Of a stretch of DNA of 64,000 nucleotides, positions 18,817-27,583 are shown piece after piece. The stretch is from Flavipsychrobacter sp. Its GTDB lineage: Bacteria > Bacteroidota > Bacteroidia > Chitinophagales > Chitinophagaceae. The stretch's first letter is position 1; each line of letters starts with the position of its first letter. Both the position numbers and the translations under genes were made by a program. The DNA is taken from NCBI GenBank assembly GCA_965218185.1, contig CBDCKE010000003.1:43935-107934 (forward strand). The letters run 5' to 3'. The notes beneath the pieces were generated by a model that was given only the letters and a program-made list of their open reading frames with translations, did not search any database and was not told the origin of the DNA.

Positions 18817-19311
18817 CTATTCTTCTTTCGTACCGTCACTAATTTTTGTCCACGAAGCATCCGGTTTTATCTCGCGGTCTATAATGCCGGCAATCTCTTT
18901 TAAATAGTATGGTCCGAAATGCGCATTGCGGATGGTTTGCGTGGTGTTTGTTCGGTCAATTGTAAAATCTAAACCCGGCAAATCAGAAATCAGCATCGGG
19001 TATTCACGCTTGCAGGTATCCACATTGTAATCTCCAAAAAGTTTAAACAATTCTGCCACTTTTTTTTCACCCACATTCTTTTCATAAACGCCCGTCATCT
19101 CCGTAAATCGTTTTCCTGTGTAGCGCACCAGTCCATCTTTATGGAGCACCAAAGTATAATCAGGGCATCTTCCAAAACAAGTGCTGCGGTGCATCGTAAC
19201 GGCGTTTATTTCCGTTTTCGTTTCCGTATTTTTTGAGTTCTTTTTTTGATGAGCGCAAGCCGTAAACACAATTAATGCAAAGGCAAAAAGAAAGGACAAT
19301 CTGGTTTTCAT
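18817..19311 (-). CDS. DUF6438-like lipoprotein
   Basis: Lipoprotein signal MKTRLSFLFAFALIVFTAC. The CFGRCPDYTL motif matches the DUF6438 family as I recall it. Confidence 0.55.
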   Translation of the reverse strand: MKTRLSFLFAFALIVFTACAHQKKNSKNTETKTEINAVTMHRSTCFGRCPDYTLVLHKDGLVRYTGKRFTEMTGVYEKNVGEKKVAELFKLFGDYNVDTCKREYPMLISDLPGLDFTIDRTNTTQTIRNAHFGPYYLKEIAGIIDREIKPDASWTKISDGTKEE

Positions 19312-19370
19312 ATTTTTCGGATTTTACGGCTCAAAGATAACCGCACGTTATTTTCACCCCTTTTGCAAGA

Positions 19371-20483
19371 ATGTTGCCAAACCGTTCCCCCGACCATTAT
19401 TATCTCATAGCCCTCAGCATGATTGATGGCATCGGCTCCAAAACCGCCCGCAGTCTTTTACAGCATTTCAAAACCGCAGAAGCCATTTTCCATGCCTCTC
19501 CAAAACAACTCCGCAACATTGCCGGAGTGGGGGATACGCGCGCAAAACTTTTTCAGCTCGAAACCGTGAAAGCCGCGGTGGAAAAGGAAATGGAGTTTGT
19601 AGAGAAACACAAAATAGAAGTGTTGTCGCTGCAGGATGCGAATTATCCCAAAAGGTTATTGCAGTGTGATGATGCGCCGCTGCTGCTTTATTACAAAGGC
19701 AACGCAAACCTGAACAGCGCAAAAATGTGCGCCATTATAGGCACCAGAAAAAATACCGATTATGGGCAGCGGTGTACAGAAATGCTGATTGAACAGCTTG
19801 CCGGTCAGCAGGATTTAATAATCGTGAGCGGACTGGCACTTGGCATTGATACCATTGCGCATAAAAATGCACTCCTTCAAAACCTGCCAACTGTGGGCGT
19901 AATGGGGCATGGGTTAGACCGCATTTATCCTTTCACCAATAAAAACCTGGCGAATGAAATGGTGGAACGGGGCGGATTGCTTACAGAATTTCCATCCGGC
20001 ACAAAGCCCGACCGCCAAAATTTCCCCGTCCGAAACCGCATTGTTGCCGGCATGTGCGATGTGTCCGTAATCGTAGAAAGCGACATTAAAGGAGGCGCCA
20101 TGATAACTGCCTATGTTGCCCTCAGTTACAACCGCGAACTGGCTGCATTTCCCGGACGTATTTATGATTCAAAATCAGAAGGGCCTAACCACCTAATCCG
20201 GCAAAACATGGCAGCCATGATAACCAATGCCACCGACCTGCTGCAATTCATGAACTGGGAACAAAGCGCCGCCACCAAAGCCGTGCAACAACAACTATTT
20301 GCCGCGCTTTCCCCCGATGAGCAAAAACTGATTGAATTGCTGCAATCAAAAGATGCTGTGCACGTGGATGAACTGATGAAACAAATCGGCTTAAACTATC
20401 CGCAACTCGCCGCCACGTTGCTGCAACTGGAAATGCAAAACCTGATTAAGACATTGCCGGGGAAAATGTATCGGCTGAATTAA
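19371..20483 (+). CDS. dprA: DNA-processing protein DprA
   Basis: Rossmann-like core IIGTRKNTDYG...VSGLALGIDTIAH...GVMGHGLDRIYP...FPVRNRIVAG and a C-terminal winged-helix-like tail. Confidence 0.92.
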   Translation: MLPNRSPDHYYLIALSMIDGIGSKTARSLLQHFKTAEAIFHASPKQLRNIAGVGDTRAKLFQLETVKAAVEKEMEFVEKHKIEVLSLQDANYPKRLLQCDDAPLLLYYKGNANLNSAKMCAIIGTRKNTDYGQRCTEMLIEQLAGQQDLIIVSGLALGIDTIAHKNALLQNLPTVGVMGHGLDRIYPFTNKNLANEMVERGGLLTEFPSGTKPDRQNFPVRNRIVAGMCDVSVIVESDIKGGAMITAYVALSYNRELAAFPGRIYDSKSEGPNHLIRQNMAAMITNATDLLQFMNWEQSAATKAVQQQLFAALSPDEQKLIELLQSKDAVHVDELMKQIGLNYPQLAATLLQLEMQNLIKTLPGKMYRLN

Positions 20484-20560
20484 AACCCGCTTTTTTTCCT
20501 GCAAAAAACCAGACGCTTAAAAACAGAAACAGTGCCATCCATAAAAAAACTTCCGAAACC

Positions 20561-22028
20561 ATGTTTGAACAGACTTTCAAAAACATTGACGACATACTTT
20601 ACAAAGATGCCGGCGCCGATAGCGAACTCGATTACATTGAACAAACCTCCTGGTTGCTTTTCCTGCGATACCTTGATGAACTGGAAAAAGAAAAAGCCGA
20701 CATCGCCCAACTGGAAGGCAAAACCTACAGCTTTATTTTGGAAGAACGCTACCGCTGGAGCAAATGGGCAATGCCGAAAACAAATGATGGCGCGCCGGAT
20801 ATTCATCAGGCCGTTACAGGCCCCGATTTGGTGCAGTTTGTAGACCAGAAACTCTTTCCTTACCTCGCCGGTTTTAAAGCCAAAAGCATCGACAATCCAA
20901 AGTCTATTGAATACAAGATTGGAGAAATTTTTAGTGAGCTGAACAACAAAATAAAAAGCGGCTACAACCTTCGGGAAATTATTGAAATGGCGGATGAACT
21001 GGAATTCCAGAGCGCACAGGAAAAACACGAGCTAAGCCACCTCTACGAAACCAAAATCAAAAACATGGGCAACGCCGGGCGCAACGGCGGACAATACTAC
21101 ACACCGCGCCCGCTCATCCGCGCCATGATAGCCGTTACAGACCCGAAAATTGGTGAAAAAATTTATGACGCTGCGTGCGGCAGTGCCGGATTTCTTTGCG
21201 AAGCATACGCTTACCTCTATGAACGGATGGAGAAAACAACCACCAACCTGAAAACACTGCAGGAAGCAACCCTTTACGGCAAAGAGAAAAAGAACCTGGC
21301 ATACATCATTGGCACCATGAACATGATTTTGCACGGCATTGAAGCGCCCAACATTACGCACACCAACACGCTTTCTGAAAACATCCGCGACATACAGGAG
21401 CAAAACCGCTACCACATCATCCTTGCCAACCCGCCGTTTGGCGGCAAAGAACGCCCTGAAGTGCAGCAAAACTTTGACATCAAAACCAGCGAAACCGCTT
21501 CGCTTTTCCTGCAGCATTTTATTAAAAGCCTGAAAGCCGGCGGACGGGCAGCCATTGTTATTAAAAACACGTTTCTCAGCAATTCTGACAATGCCTCTGT
21601 GAGCCTGCGCCGCCATTTACTGGAAAGCTGCAAGCTGCACACCGTGCTCGACATGCCGGGCGGAACATTTTTGGGAGCGGGCGTAAAAACGGTGGTGTTG
21701 TTTTTTTACCAAAGGCGAACCCACCGAAAAAATATGGTATTACCGGCTTGCGCCGGGCAGAACGATGGGCAAAACCAGCCCGCTGAGCGATGCCGACATG
21801 AAAGAATTTGTGGCGTTACAGAAAACTTTTGCCGACAGCCCAAACTCCTGGACGGTAAACCTTTTGGAACATGAAGGCATGAAAAATGGCAGTTACGACC
21901 TGAGCGTTAAAAACCCGAATGCACCGGAAGCTGCGCCCTTGCGGGAGCCGGAAGAAATACTGGAAGAAATGAAAGCGCTGGATGCGGAGAGTGCGGATAT
22001 TTTGAACGCAATAATGGAGATGATATGA
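20561..22028 (+). pseudogene. hsdM: Type I R-M system DNA methyltransferase subunit HsdM, interrupted by a +1 frameshift in a T7 run
   Basis: HsdM_N-like N-terminus (IDDILYKDAG...EQTSWLLFLRYLDE), GQYYTPRPL, DAACGSAGFL and NPPFGG. After VVLFF the track frame becomes nonsense, while the +1 frame reads TKGEPTEKIWYYRLAPGRTMGKTSPLSDADMKEF... through to the stop at 22028. Removing one T at 21701-21707 restores a 488-aa protein. Confidence 0.9.
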
Positions 22029-23176
22029 GGAAGGAATGGAAGTACTTTCAATTAGATGATGCCGTCACAAAAGGTTCATCCAATGTTTCATTGAACAAGG
22101 TTAATGATGAGGACGGAGATTTTCCTCTTTTTGGTGCTCAAGGATTTGTTCAAAACGTTTCTTTTTTTCAACAAGAAAAAGAATATTTGGCGGTTATAAA
22201 AGACGGTGCAGGAATTGGTCGCATTTCCAAACATCCCCCTAAATCATCAGTTTTGGCGACAATGCAATATATAATTCCTAAAGATGGATTTAATATAGAT
22301 TTTATTAAGTATTTTTTAGAAGGAATTGATTTTGAAAAGTTTAGGAATGGCAGTACTATTCCTCACATTTATTTTAAAGATTATAAAAATGTTGCATTCC
22401 CAAATCTTCCACTTCCTGAACAACTGCGTATTGTAGCCATTTTAGATAAAGCCTTTGCTGCGATTGCCAAAGCAAAAGCGAATGCAGAGCAGAATCTGCA
22501 AAATGCCAAAGCACTTTTTGAAAGTTATTTGCAGAGCGTGTTTGAGAAAAAAGGAGAAGGTTGGGAGGAGAAGAAGTTATGCGAAATTGGATTAGCACAA
22601 ACAGGGACTACACCAAAAACTTCTGAAAAGGAAAATTTTGGTGACTTTATTCCTTTTATAAAACCTGCTGACGTTGATTTTAAAGGAAGTGGGAATATTC
22701 GTTATGAAAAGGACGGATTAAGTGAAATTGGTTTAAAAAAAGGCAGAAAAATGGAAAGTGGTTCTGTACTAATGGTATGTATTGGAGCAACTATTGGCAA
22801 AGTGGGATTTTCAGAAAAAGTAGTTTCATGTAATCAACAAATTAACTCACTAACCGTGAAGGAAGTGTTTGAGGCGAAGTTTTTTTATTATGGCATGACT
22901 ACAAATTCATTTCAGGAAAAAGTTTTGTCAGCCGGTAAAAGTGCTCAAGCAACCCTTCCTATTATAAATAAATCAAAATGGGAACATCTTACGCTGAATT
23001 TTCCGAAATCGAAAACCGACCAACAATCCATCGTCCGCCGACTGGATGCATTGCGTGCTGAAACTCGAAAGCTGGAGCGTATTTACCGCCAAAAAATCGA
23101 TAATCTAGATGAATTGAAAAAGCGTATTTTGGAGAAAGCGTTTAGAGGGGAATTGAAAACGGAAATAAATCAATAA
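22025..23176 (+). CDS. hsdS: Type I R-M system specificity subunit HsdS
   Basis: Two variable target-recognition halves separated by conserved helices (LPEQLRIVAILDKAFAAIAKAKANAEQNLQNAKALFESYL and QQSIVRRLDALRAETRKLERIYRQKIDNLDELKKRILEKAF). ATGA overlap with the hsdM stop. Confidence 0.9.
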   Translation: MRKEWKYFQLDDAVTKGSSNVSLNKVNDEDGDFPLFGAQGFVQNVSFFQQEKEYLAVIKDGAGIGRISKHPPKSSVLATMQYIIPKDGFNIDFIKYFLEGIDFEKFRNGSTIPHIYFKDYKNVAFPNLPLPEQLRIVAILDKAFAAIAKAKANAEQNLQNAKALFESYLQSVFEKKGEGWEEKKLCEIGLAQTGTTPKTSEKENFGDFIPFIKPADVDFKGSGNIRYEKDGLSEIGLKKGRKMESGSVLMVCIGATIGKVGFSEKVVSCNQQINSLTVKEVFEAKFFYYGMTTNSFQEKVLSAGKSAQATLPIINKSKWEHLTLNFPKSKTDQQSIVRRLDALRAETRKLERIYRQKIDNLDELKKRILEKAFRGELKTEINQ

Positions 23177-23181
23177 AATAT

Positions 23182-24006
23182 ATGCCTTATTTATCAGACC
23201 CTGCTTATCAACTGCCGCAAATTGTGGCGCTAAGCAGCTTCAATCCATTTTCGAGCGGTTCCACAAAGCCGATGGGCGTACACGGGGTGAATGTAAAAAC
23301 AGGAGAAAGAGGTCAGTATGTAGTAAAATTTCGTAACTCTGGAAGAATGAGCGTAGAAAGTTCTTGTAGGGAAATGTTGGGCGCATGGATGGCATTGGAA
23401 CTGGATATTTCTTGTGTGGAACCGGTTATGATGAACATCACCGATGCATTTGTAAAAACGCTCATTGGCAGGGAAGGTTATAAAGCTGCATTGCAAAGTA
23501 TTGGTAATAATTTTGCGTCTGTATATGAAGCATGCTATCAGATTGTGCCTTTGGTGAAGTTTCATCTAAATGAGGATTTTATACAGCAAGCACGTAAAAT
23601 TTTCATGTTCGACATGCTGATTCATAATGCCGACAGGGGTGCGCGGATGCCAAATGTGTTGTCTAACTCTGAAAAATTACTGGTATATGACCATGAAATG
23701 GCTTTCTCTTTTGTGAATTATCTTTCGTTTGGAAAAAATAGTGCTCCATGGGAAATAGGTCCATCAGAAATGGAAATGGTCAAACTGCATTATTTTTACG
23801 GTATTTTGAAAGAAGAAACAAACGATTTTACACAACTTATCACCCTACTGGATCGTTTTACAGATAATTTTTGGCAGAAAACACGCAAATGGATTCCACC
23901 TGATTGGCAAACCGATGACCTGAAAATCATTAAGGAACACGTTACACAAGTCGTATCACATAAGCACTTGTTTGCTGAGCAACTCACTTTAATTTTAGCG
24001 CCATGA
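23182..24006 (+). CDS. HipA-like (HipA_2-type) serine/threonine kinase-fold protein
   Basis: Kinase-core motifs are present. These are a candidate ATP-binding lysine in QYVVKF, a helix-C-like SCREMLGAWMALELDI, the catalytic loop FDMLIHNADRGARMPNVL and a metal-binding LLVYDHEMAF. It starts 5 nt after the hsdS stop. Confidence 0.65.
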   Translation: MPYLSDPAYQLPQIVALSSFNPFSSGSTKPMGVHGVNVKTGERGQYVVKFRNSGRMSVESSCREMLGAWMALELDISCVEPVMMNITDAFVKTLIGREGYKAALQSIGNNFASVYEACYQIVPLVKFHLNEDFIQQARKIFMFDMLIHNADRGARMPNVLSNSEKLLVYDHEMAFSFVNYLSFGKNSAPWEIGPSEMEMVKLHYFYGILKEETNDFTQLITLLDRFTDNFWQKTRKWIPPDWQTDDLKIIKEHVTQVVSHKHLFAEQLTLILAP

Positions 24007-24845
24007 CCAGTTATCAATATCAACTTATTCGTTACGTTCATGATCAATTTACGGGCGAATTTATCAATATGGGTGTCATCCTTTACGCGCCTGAAAAAAA
24101 TTTTTTAGACTGCAAAGTAAACAGCCGTTATCAGCGTTTGAATGCTTTTTTTCCGGCGGCTAACGGGAGGTTCACAAAACAAATTCTGCAAAACATAGAA
24201 CACCAGATAAAAAAGGAGGCTAAAAGTTTACAGGAGCTGTTTCTTCCTTCTGAAAATCTTTCTGTAGTAACTCAAAAAATTTATCCTGACGATGACAGCG
24301 CCATTCGATTGTCTGAAGTAAAAATGGGGTTGGATATTGATATGGAGGCAGCGCTGAATTATTTGTATTATGAAATGGTCGAAAAAAATTCAGAAGAAAT
24401 TCCAGAACGGATTTCATTGAGTGATGATGACGTGTGGAAGAATAAATACAAAGAGTATTTTGACAAGTATCATATTTCGGATGCGCTTACAAGCCACACC
24501 GTAAACACTCCAAACGATCATTTTACTTTTGAACGTGCCTGGAAAAATGAATCCTGGCATTGTTATGAGCCGGTATCATTTTATCTATTAAATAAAGAAT
24601 CAATAAAAGATAAAGCATACAAATGGGCGGGGAGAGTAAAAGGATTGCAGGATACTGTTGAACAGGTGCATTTAACCTTATTAGCTTCCATAAACCCTGA
24701 ATTTAATGAGTTAAGAAATTTTATGGACCATTTAATTGAAGTTCATAATGATGAAAAGGTAATGGTAGATATCGTTTTTGAAGATAAAGCAGAAGCAATT
24801 GCTCAGCACATTCGGAAACAAATGGATGCGCATAACAACGTTTAA
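24003..24845 (+). CDS. DUF3037 domain-containing protein with a C-terminal extension
   Basis: The N-terminus YQYQLIRYVHDQFTGEFINMGVILYAPEKNFL matches the DUF3037 signature as I remember it (Y..lRYvPd...gEfvNvGvvl). Its ATG overlaps the kinase stop (ATGA at 24003-24006). Confidence 0.65.
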   Translation: MTSYQYQLIRYVHDQFTGEFINMGVILYAPEKNFLDCKVNSRYQRLNAFFPAANGRFTKQILQNIEHQIKKEAKSLQELFLPSENLSVVTQKIYPDDDSAIRLSEVKMGLDIDMEAALNYLYYEMVEKNSEEIPERISLSDDDVWKNKYKEYFDKYHISDALTSHTVNTPNDHFTFERAWKNESWHCYEPVSFYLLNKESIKDKAYKWAGRVKGLQDTVEQVHLTLLASINPEFNELRNFMDHLIEVHNDEKVMVDIVFEDKAEAIAQHIRKQMDAHNNV

Positions 24846-24882
24846 TCCTTTTATTTAGAAAAAAAATTTAGACTGCCATATA

Positions 24883-27282
24883 TTGAACATGAACGAAACC
24901 GAAACCAAAGCCGAACTTATTGACCCTGCCTTGAAAGCTGCAGGTTGGGGCGTGGTAGAAAGCAGTCGCATCCGCATGGAGTTTCCCATAAATAAAGGCA
25001 GGATTTTGGGACATGGGCAACGCAGCAAACCCGATAAGGCCGATTATATCCTTCAATACAAAAACAGAAACCTCGCCGTAATAGAAGCCAAAGCAAAAGA
25101 CAAATATTACACAGAAGGCGTAGGGCAGGCAAAAGATTACGCAGGGCGATTGCAAGTGCGGTTTACCTACAGCACTAACGGCGTAAAAATATACCGGATA
25201 GACATGCAGCAAGGCATGGAGGGTGACATTCCTAACTTTCCCACGCCTGATGAACTTTGGGAGGCAACCTTTGGAAATCAAACTGCGCTGCAACCAATTG
25301 CACAGTTCTGGAGCGAAAAATTATTGTCCGTTCCTTTTGAAGACCGCGGCGGAACCTGGCAACCCCGGTATTATCAGGAAAACGCGGTTACAAATGTGCT
25401 CGAAGCCATAGCCAACGACCAGCAGCGCATTTTACTGACGCTTGCCACCGGTACCGGAAAAACAGCCATCGCCTTCCAGATAGCGTGGAAACTTTTTCAG
25501 GCAAAATGGAATATCCACAAAGACGGAAACCGCACACCACGCATTCTTTTTCTTGCAGACAGGAACATCTTAGCCAATCAGGCTTTCAACGCATTTTCGG
25601 CTTTTGAAGAAGATGCATTGGTGCGCATCAGTCCATCCGATATAAAGAAGAAAGGCAGGGTTCCTAAAAACGGAAGCATATTCTTCACCATCTTCCAAAC
25701 CTTTCTTTCCGGACCGGATGAAACGCCGCATTTTGGTGCCTATCCCAAAGATTTTTTTGACCTCGTAATAATTGATGAATGCCATCGCGGCGGCGCCAAT
25801 GATGAAAGCACCTGGCGGGCTATCATGGAATATTTTAGTCCTGCCGTGCAGTTGGGATTAACGGCTACGCCCAAACGAACCATCAATGCAGATACCTACA
25901 ATTATTTTGGTGAACCTGTGTATGTCTATTCATTGAAAGAAGGCATTAATGATGGCTTCCTGACGCCGTTTAAAGTGAAGCAAATTGACACCACAATCGA
26001 TGAATACATCTTCACGTCTGACGACACCGTTTTAGAAGGTGAAGTGGAATACGGACGGAATTATCTGGAAGAAGACCTTAACCGCATTATCGAAATAAAA
26101 GAGCGGGAAGAATACCGGGTGAAGGTGTTCATGAGCCTGATTAATCAAAACGAAAAAACGCTGGTTTTCTGCGCTACGCAATTGCATGCGCTGGCTATCC
26201 GCGATTTAATCAATCAAACTGCAGCCATTAAAAATCCGAATTATTGCCACCGCGTAACAGCGAATGATGGGAAAGTAGGGGAGCAGCATTTAAGCGATTT
26301 TCAGGACAATGAAAAAAGCATCCCTACCATTCTCACCACGTCGCAAAAACTAAGCACCGGTGTGGATGCGCCGGAAGTGAAAAACATTGTGCTGCTGCGA
26401 CCTGTAAATTCTATGATAGAGTTTAAGCAAATTATCGGGCGCGGCACCAGGCTTTTTGAAGGCAAGGATTACTTTACGATCTACGATTTTGTGAAAGCCT
26501 ACCACCATTTCAGCGATCCGGAATGGGATGGCGAACCGCAGGAACCTGAAACCGGAAGCGCCAAAGTGCAGCCTCAAATTTGCGCCATTTGCGGGCAGAA
26601 ACCCTGCATTTGCAGCAAGCCTGAAAACGAGCCCTGCACCACTTGCGGCTACCGGGATTGCCGCTGCGATAAACCACCGCGCCGCATGATAAAAGTGAAA
26701 CTGGCGGATGGAAAAGTGCGTCAGTTGCAACACATGGTGAGCACGTCTTTCTGGAGTCCTGATGGGAAACCCATTTCTGCGGAAGATTTTTTACAATCGC
26801 TTTTTGGAACCATCCCTGCGTTCTTTAAAAATGAAGAAGAACTGAGAACAATCTGGAGCAATCCGGAGACACGGAAAAAGCTGCTGGCAGAACTTTCGGA
26901 AAAAGGATTTGCGAAACAACAACTGCAGGAGTTTCAGAAAGTACTGAATGCCGAAAACAGTGACCTCTACGATGTGCTGGCATACGCTGCTTACTGTTCT
27001 AAAATTTTTACCCGCATGCAACGGGCAGCTAAAGCAAAAGTGCAGTTAAGCAATTACGAACAAAAGCAACACGCGTTTTTAAACTTCGTTTTGGGGCAGT
27101 ATGAAGTGCAAGGCGTGGATGAACTGGATGATAGCAAAATCAGTGAACTTCTGGTGCTTAAATACCACACCATTTCCGACGCAAAAAAGGCATTGGGAGA
27201 TGTGGACTCCATCCGAGAGGCTTTTGTAGGCTTTCAGAAGCATTTATACGGGCAAATGCAGCCGTCCAGGTTTGCTTTCTAA
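24883..27282 (+). CDS. hsdR: Type I restriction endonuclease subunit R (EcoEI/EcoAI-like HsdR)
   Basis: HSDR_N start MNETETKAELIDPALKAAGW, helicase motifs LATGTGKT, IIDECHRG, GLTATP and QIIGRGTR, and a C-terminal EcoEI_R_C-like region (DLYDVLAYAAY). It also carries an unusual Cys-rich insert, CAICGQKPCICSKPENEPCTTCGYRDCRC. Confidence 0.9.
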   Translation: MNMNETETKAELIDPALKAAGWGVVESSRIRMEFPINKGRILGHGQRSKPDKADYILQYKNRNLAVIEAKAKDKYYTEGVGQAKDYAGRLQVRFTYSTNGVKIYRIDMQQGMEGDIPNFPTPDELWEATFGNQTALQPIAQFWSEKLLSVPFEDRGGTWQPRYYQENAVTNVLEAIANDQQRILLTLATGTGKTAIAFQIAWKLFQAKWNIHKDGNRTPRILFLADRNILANQAFNAFSAFEEDALVRISPSDIKKKGRVPKNGSIFFTIFQTFLSGPDETPHFGAYPKDFFDLVIIDECHRGGANDESTWRAIMEYFSPAVQLGLTATPKRTINADTYNYFGEPVYVYSLKEGINDGFLTPFKVKQIDTTIDEYIFTSDDTVLEGEVEYGRNYLEEDLNRIIEIKEREEYRVKVFMSLINQNEKTLVFCATQLHALAIRDLINQTAAIKNPNYCHRVTANDGKVGEQHLSDFQDNEKSIPTILTTSQKLSTGVDAPEVKNIVLLRPVNSMIEFKQIIGRGTRLFEGKDYFTIYDFVKAYHHFSDPEWDGEPQEPETGSAKVQPQICAICGQKPCICSKPENEPCTTCGYRDCRCDKPPRRMIKVKLADGKVRQLQHMVSTSFWSPDGKPISAEDFLQSLFGTIPAFFKNEEELRTIWSNPETRKKLLAELSEKGFAKQQLQEFQKVLNAENSDLYDVLAYAAYCSKIFTRMQRAAKAKVQLSNYEQKQHAFLNFVLGQYEVQGVDELDDSKISELLVLKYHTISDAKKALGDVDSIREAFVGFQKHLYGQMQPSRFAF

Positions 27283-27516
27283 AATTTTTTTTTCAGGTTT
27301 CAGGGCTAATGCCGATAAAGTTGTTTCCGTTTTTTTTCAAAAAATGCCATTCTGAATAAATCTTTGCAGGCTTCGAATTTTTTCTTTAAAAGAAAAATAA
27401 GCTACGAAAGCTAAGCGGGGAAAGGGTTTCAAGTGTTTTCCAGAAACACTTTTTGCAGTAAAACCGGTTGAATTAAGGAGCGAAAACCCTGCTCCCGAAA
27501 AAAATTCAAAAATAAA

Positions 27517-27547
27517 TTTGGCAGGTAAAAATGAACCCCTACCTTTG
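27517..27547 (+). promoter_or_regulatory. Putative S10-operon promoter (-33 TTTG, -7 TACCTTTG)
   Basis: TTTG at 27517-27520 and TAnnTTTG at 27540-27547 with a 19-nt spacer, 37 nt before the rpsJ ATG. Confidence 0.55.
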
Positions 27548-27583
27548 CAGTCCCAAATTTTAGGGTAGAAGCTATTTATAAGT

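Noticed and set aside
20484-20512. Similar T-run/A-run words at both borders of the R-M island, as possible target-site duplication. They are ccgctttttttcctgcaaaaaacc at about 20487-20510 and ccgttttttttcaaaaaatgcc at about 27328-27350.
   Set aside because: The sequence is low-complexity and the match is gapped. Such T/A hairpin-like tracts are common in intergenic DNA here, and there is no integrase or transposase to support mobility.
20480-21028. 182-aa minus-strand ORF overlapping the 5' half of hsdM (also 21032..21616 and 21409..21654).
   Set aside because: They are antisense to a gene with unmistakable HsdM motifs. Their composition is odd and Phe/Val/Ala-rich, they have no recognisable motifs, and they are typical shadow ORFs.
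21691-21770. Programmed ribosomal frameshifting in hsdM.
   Set aside because: There is no slippery heptamer plus stimulatory-structure context, and no precedent that I know of for HsdM. A simple 1-nt homopolymer indel (error, mutation or slippage) is more parsimonious.
22025-23176. hsdS shuffling or phase variation by inverted hsdS fragments.
   Set aside because: Only one hsdS copy is present. There are no partial hsdS' cassettes, inverted repeats or a nearby recombinase.
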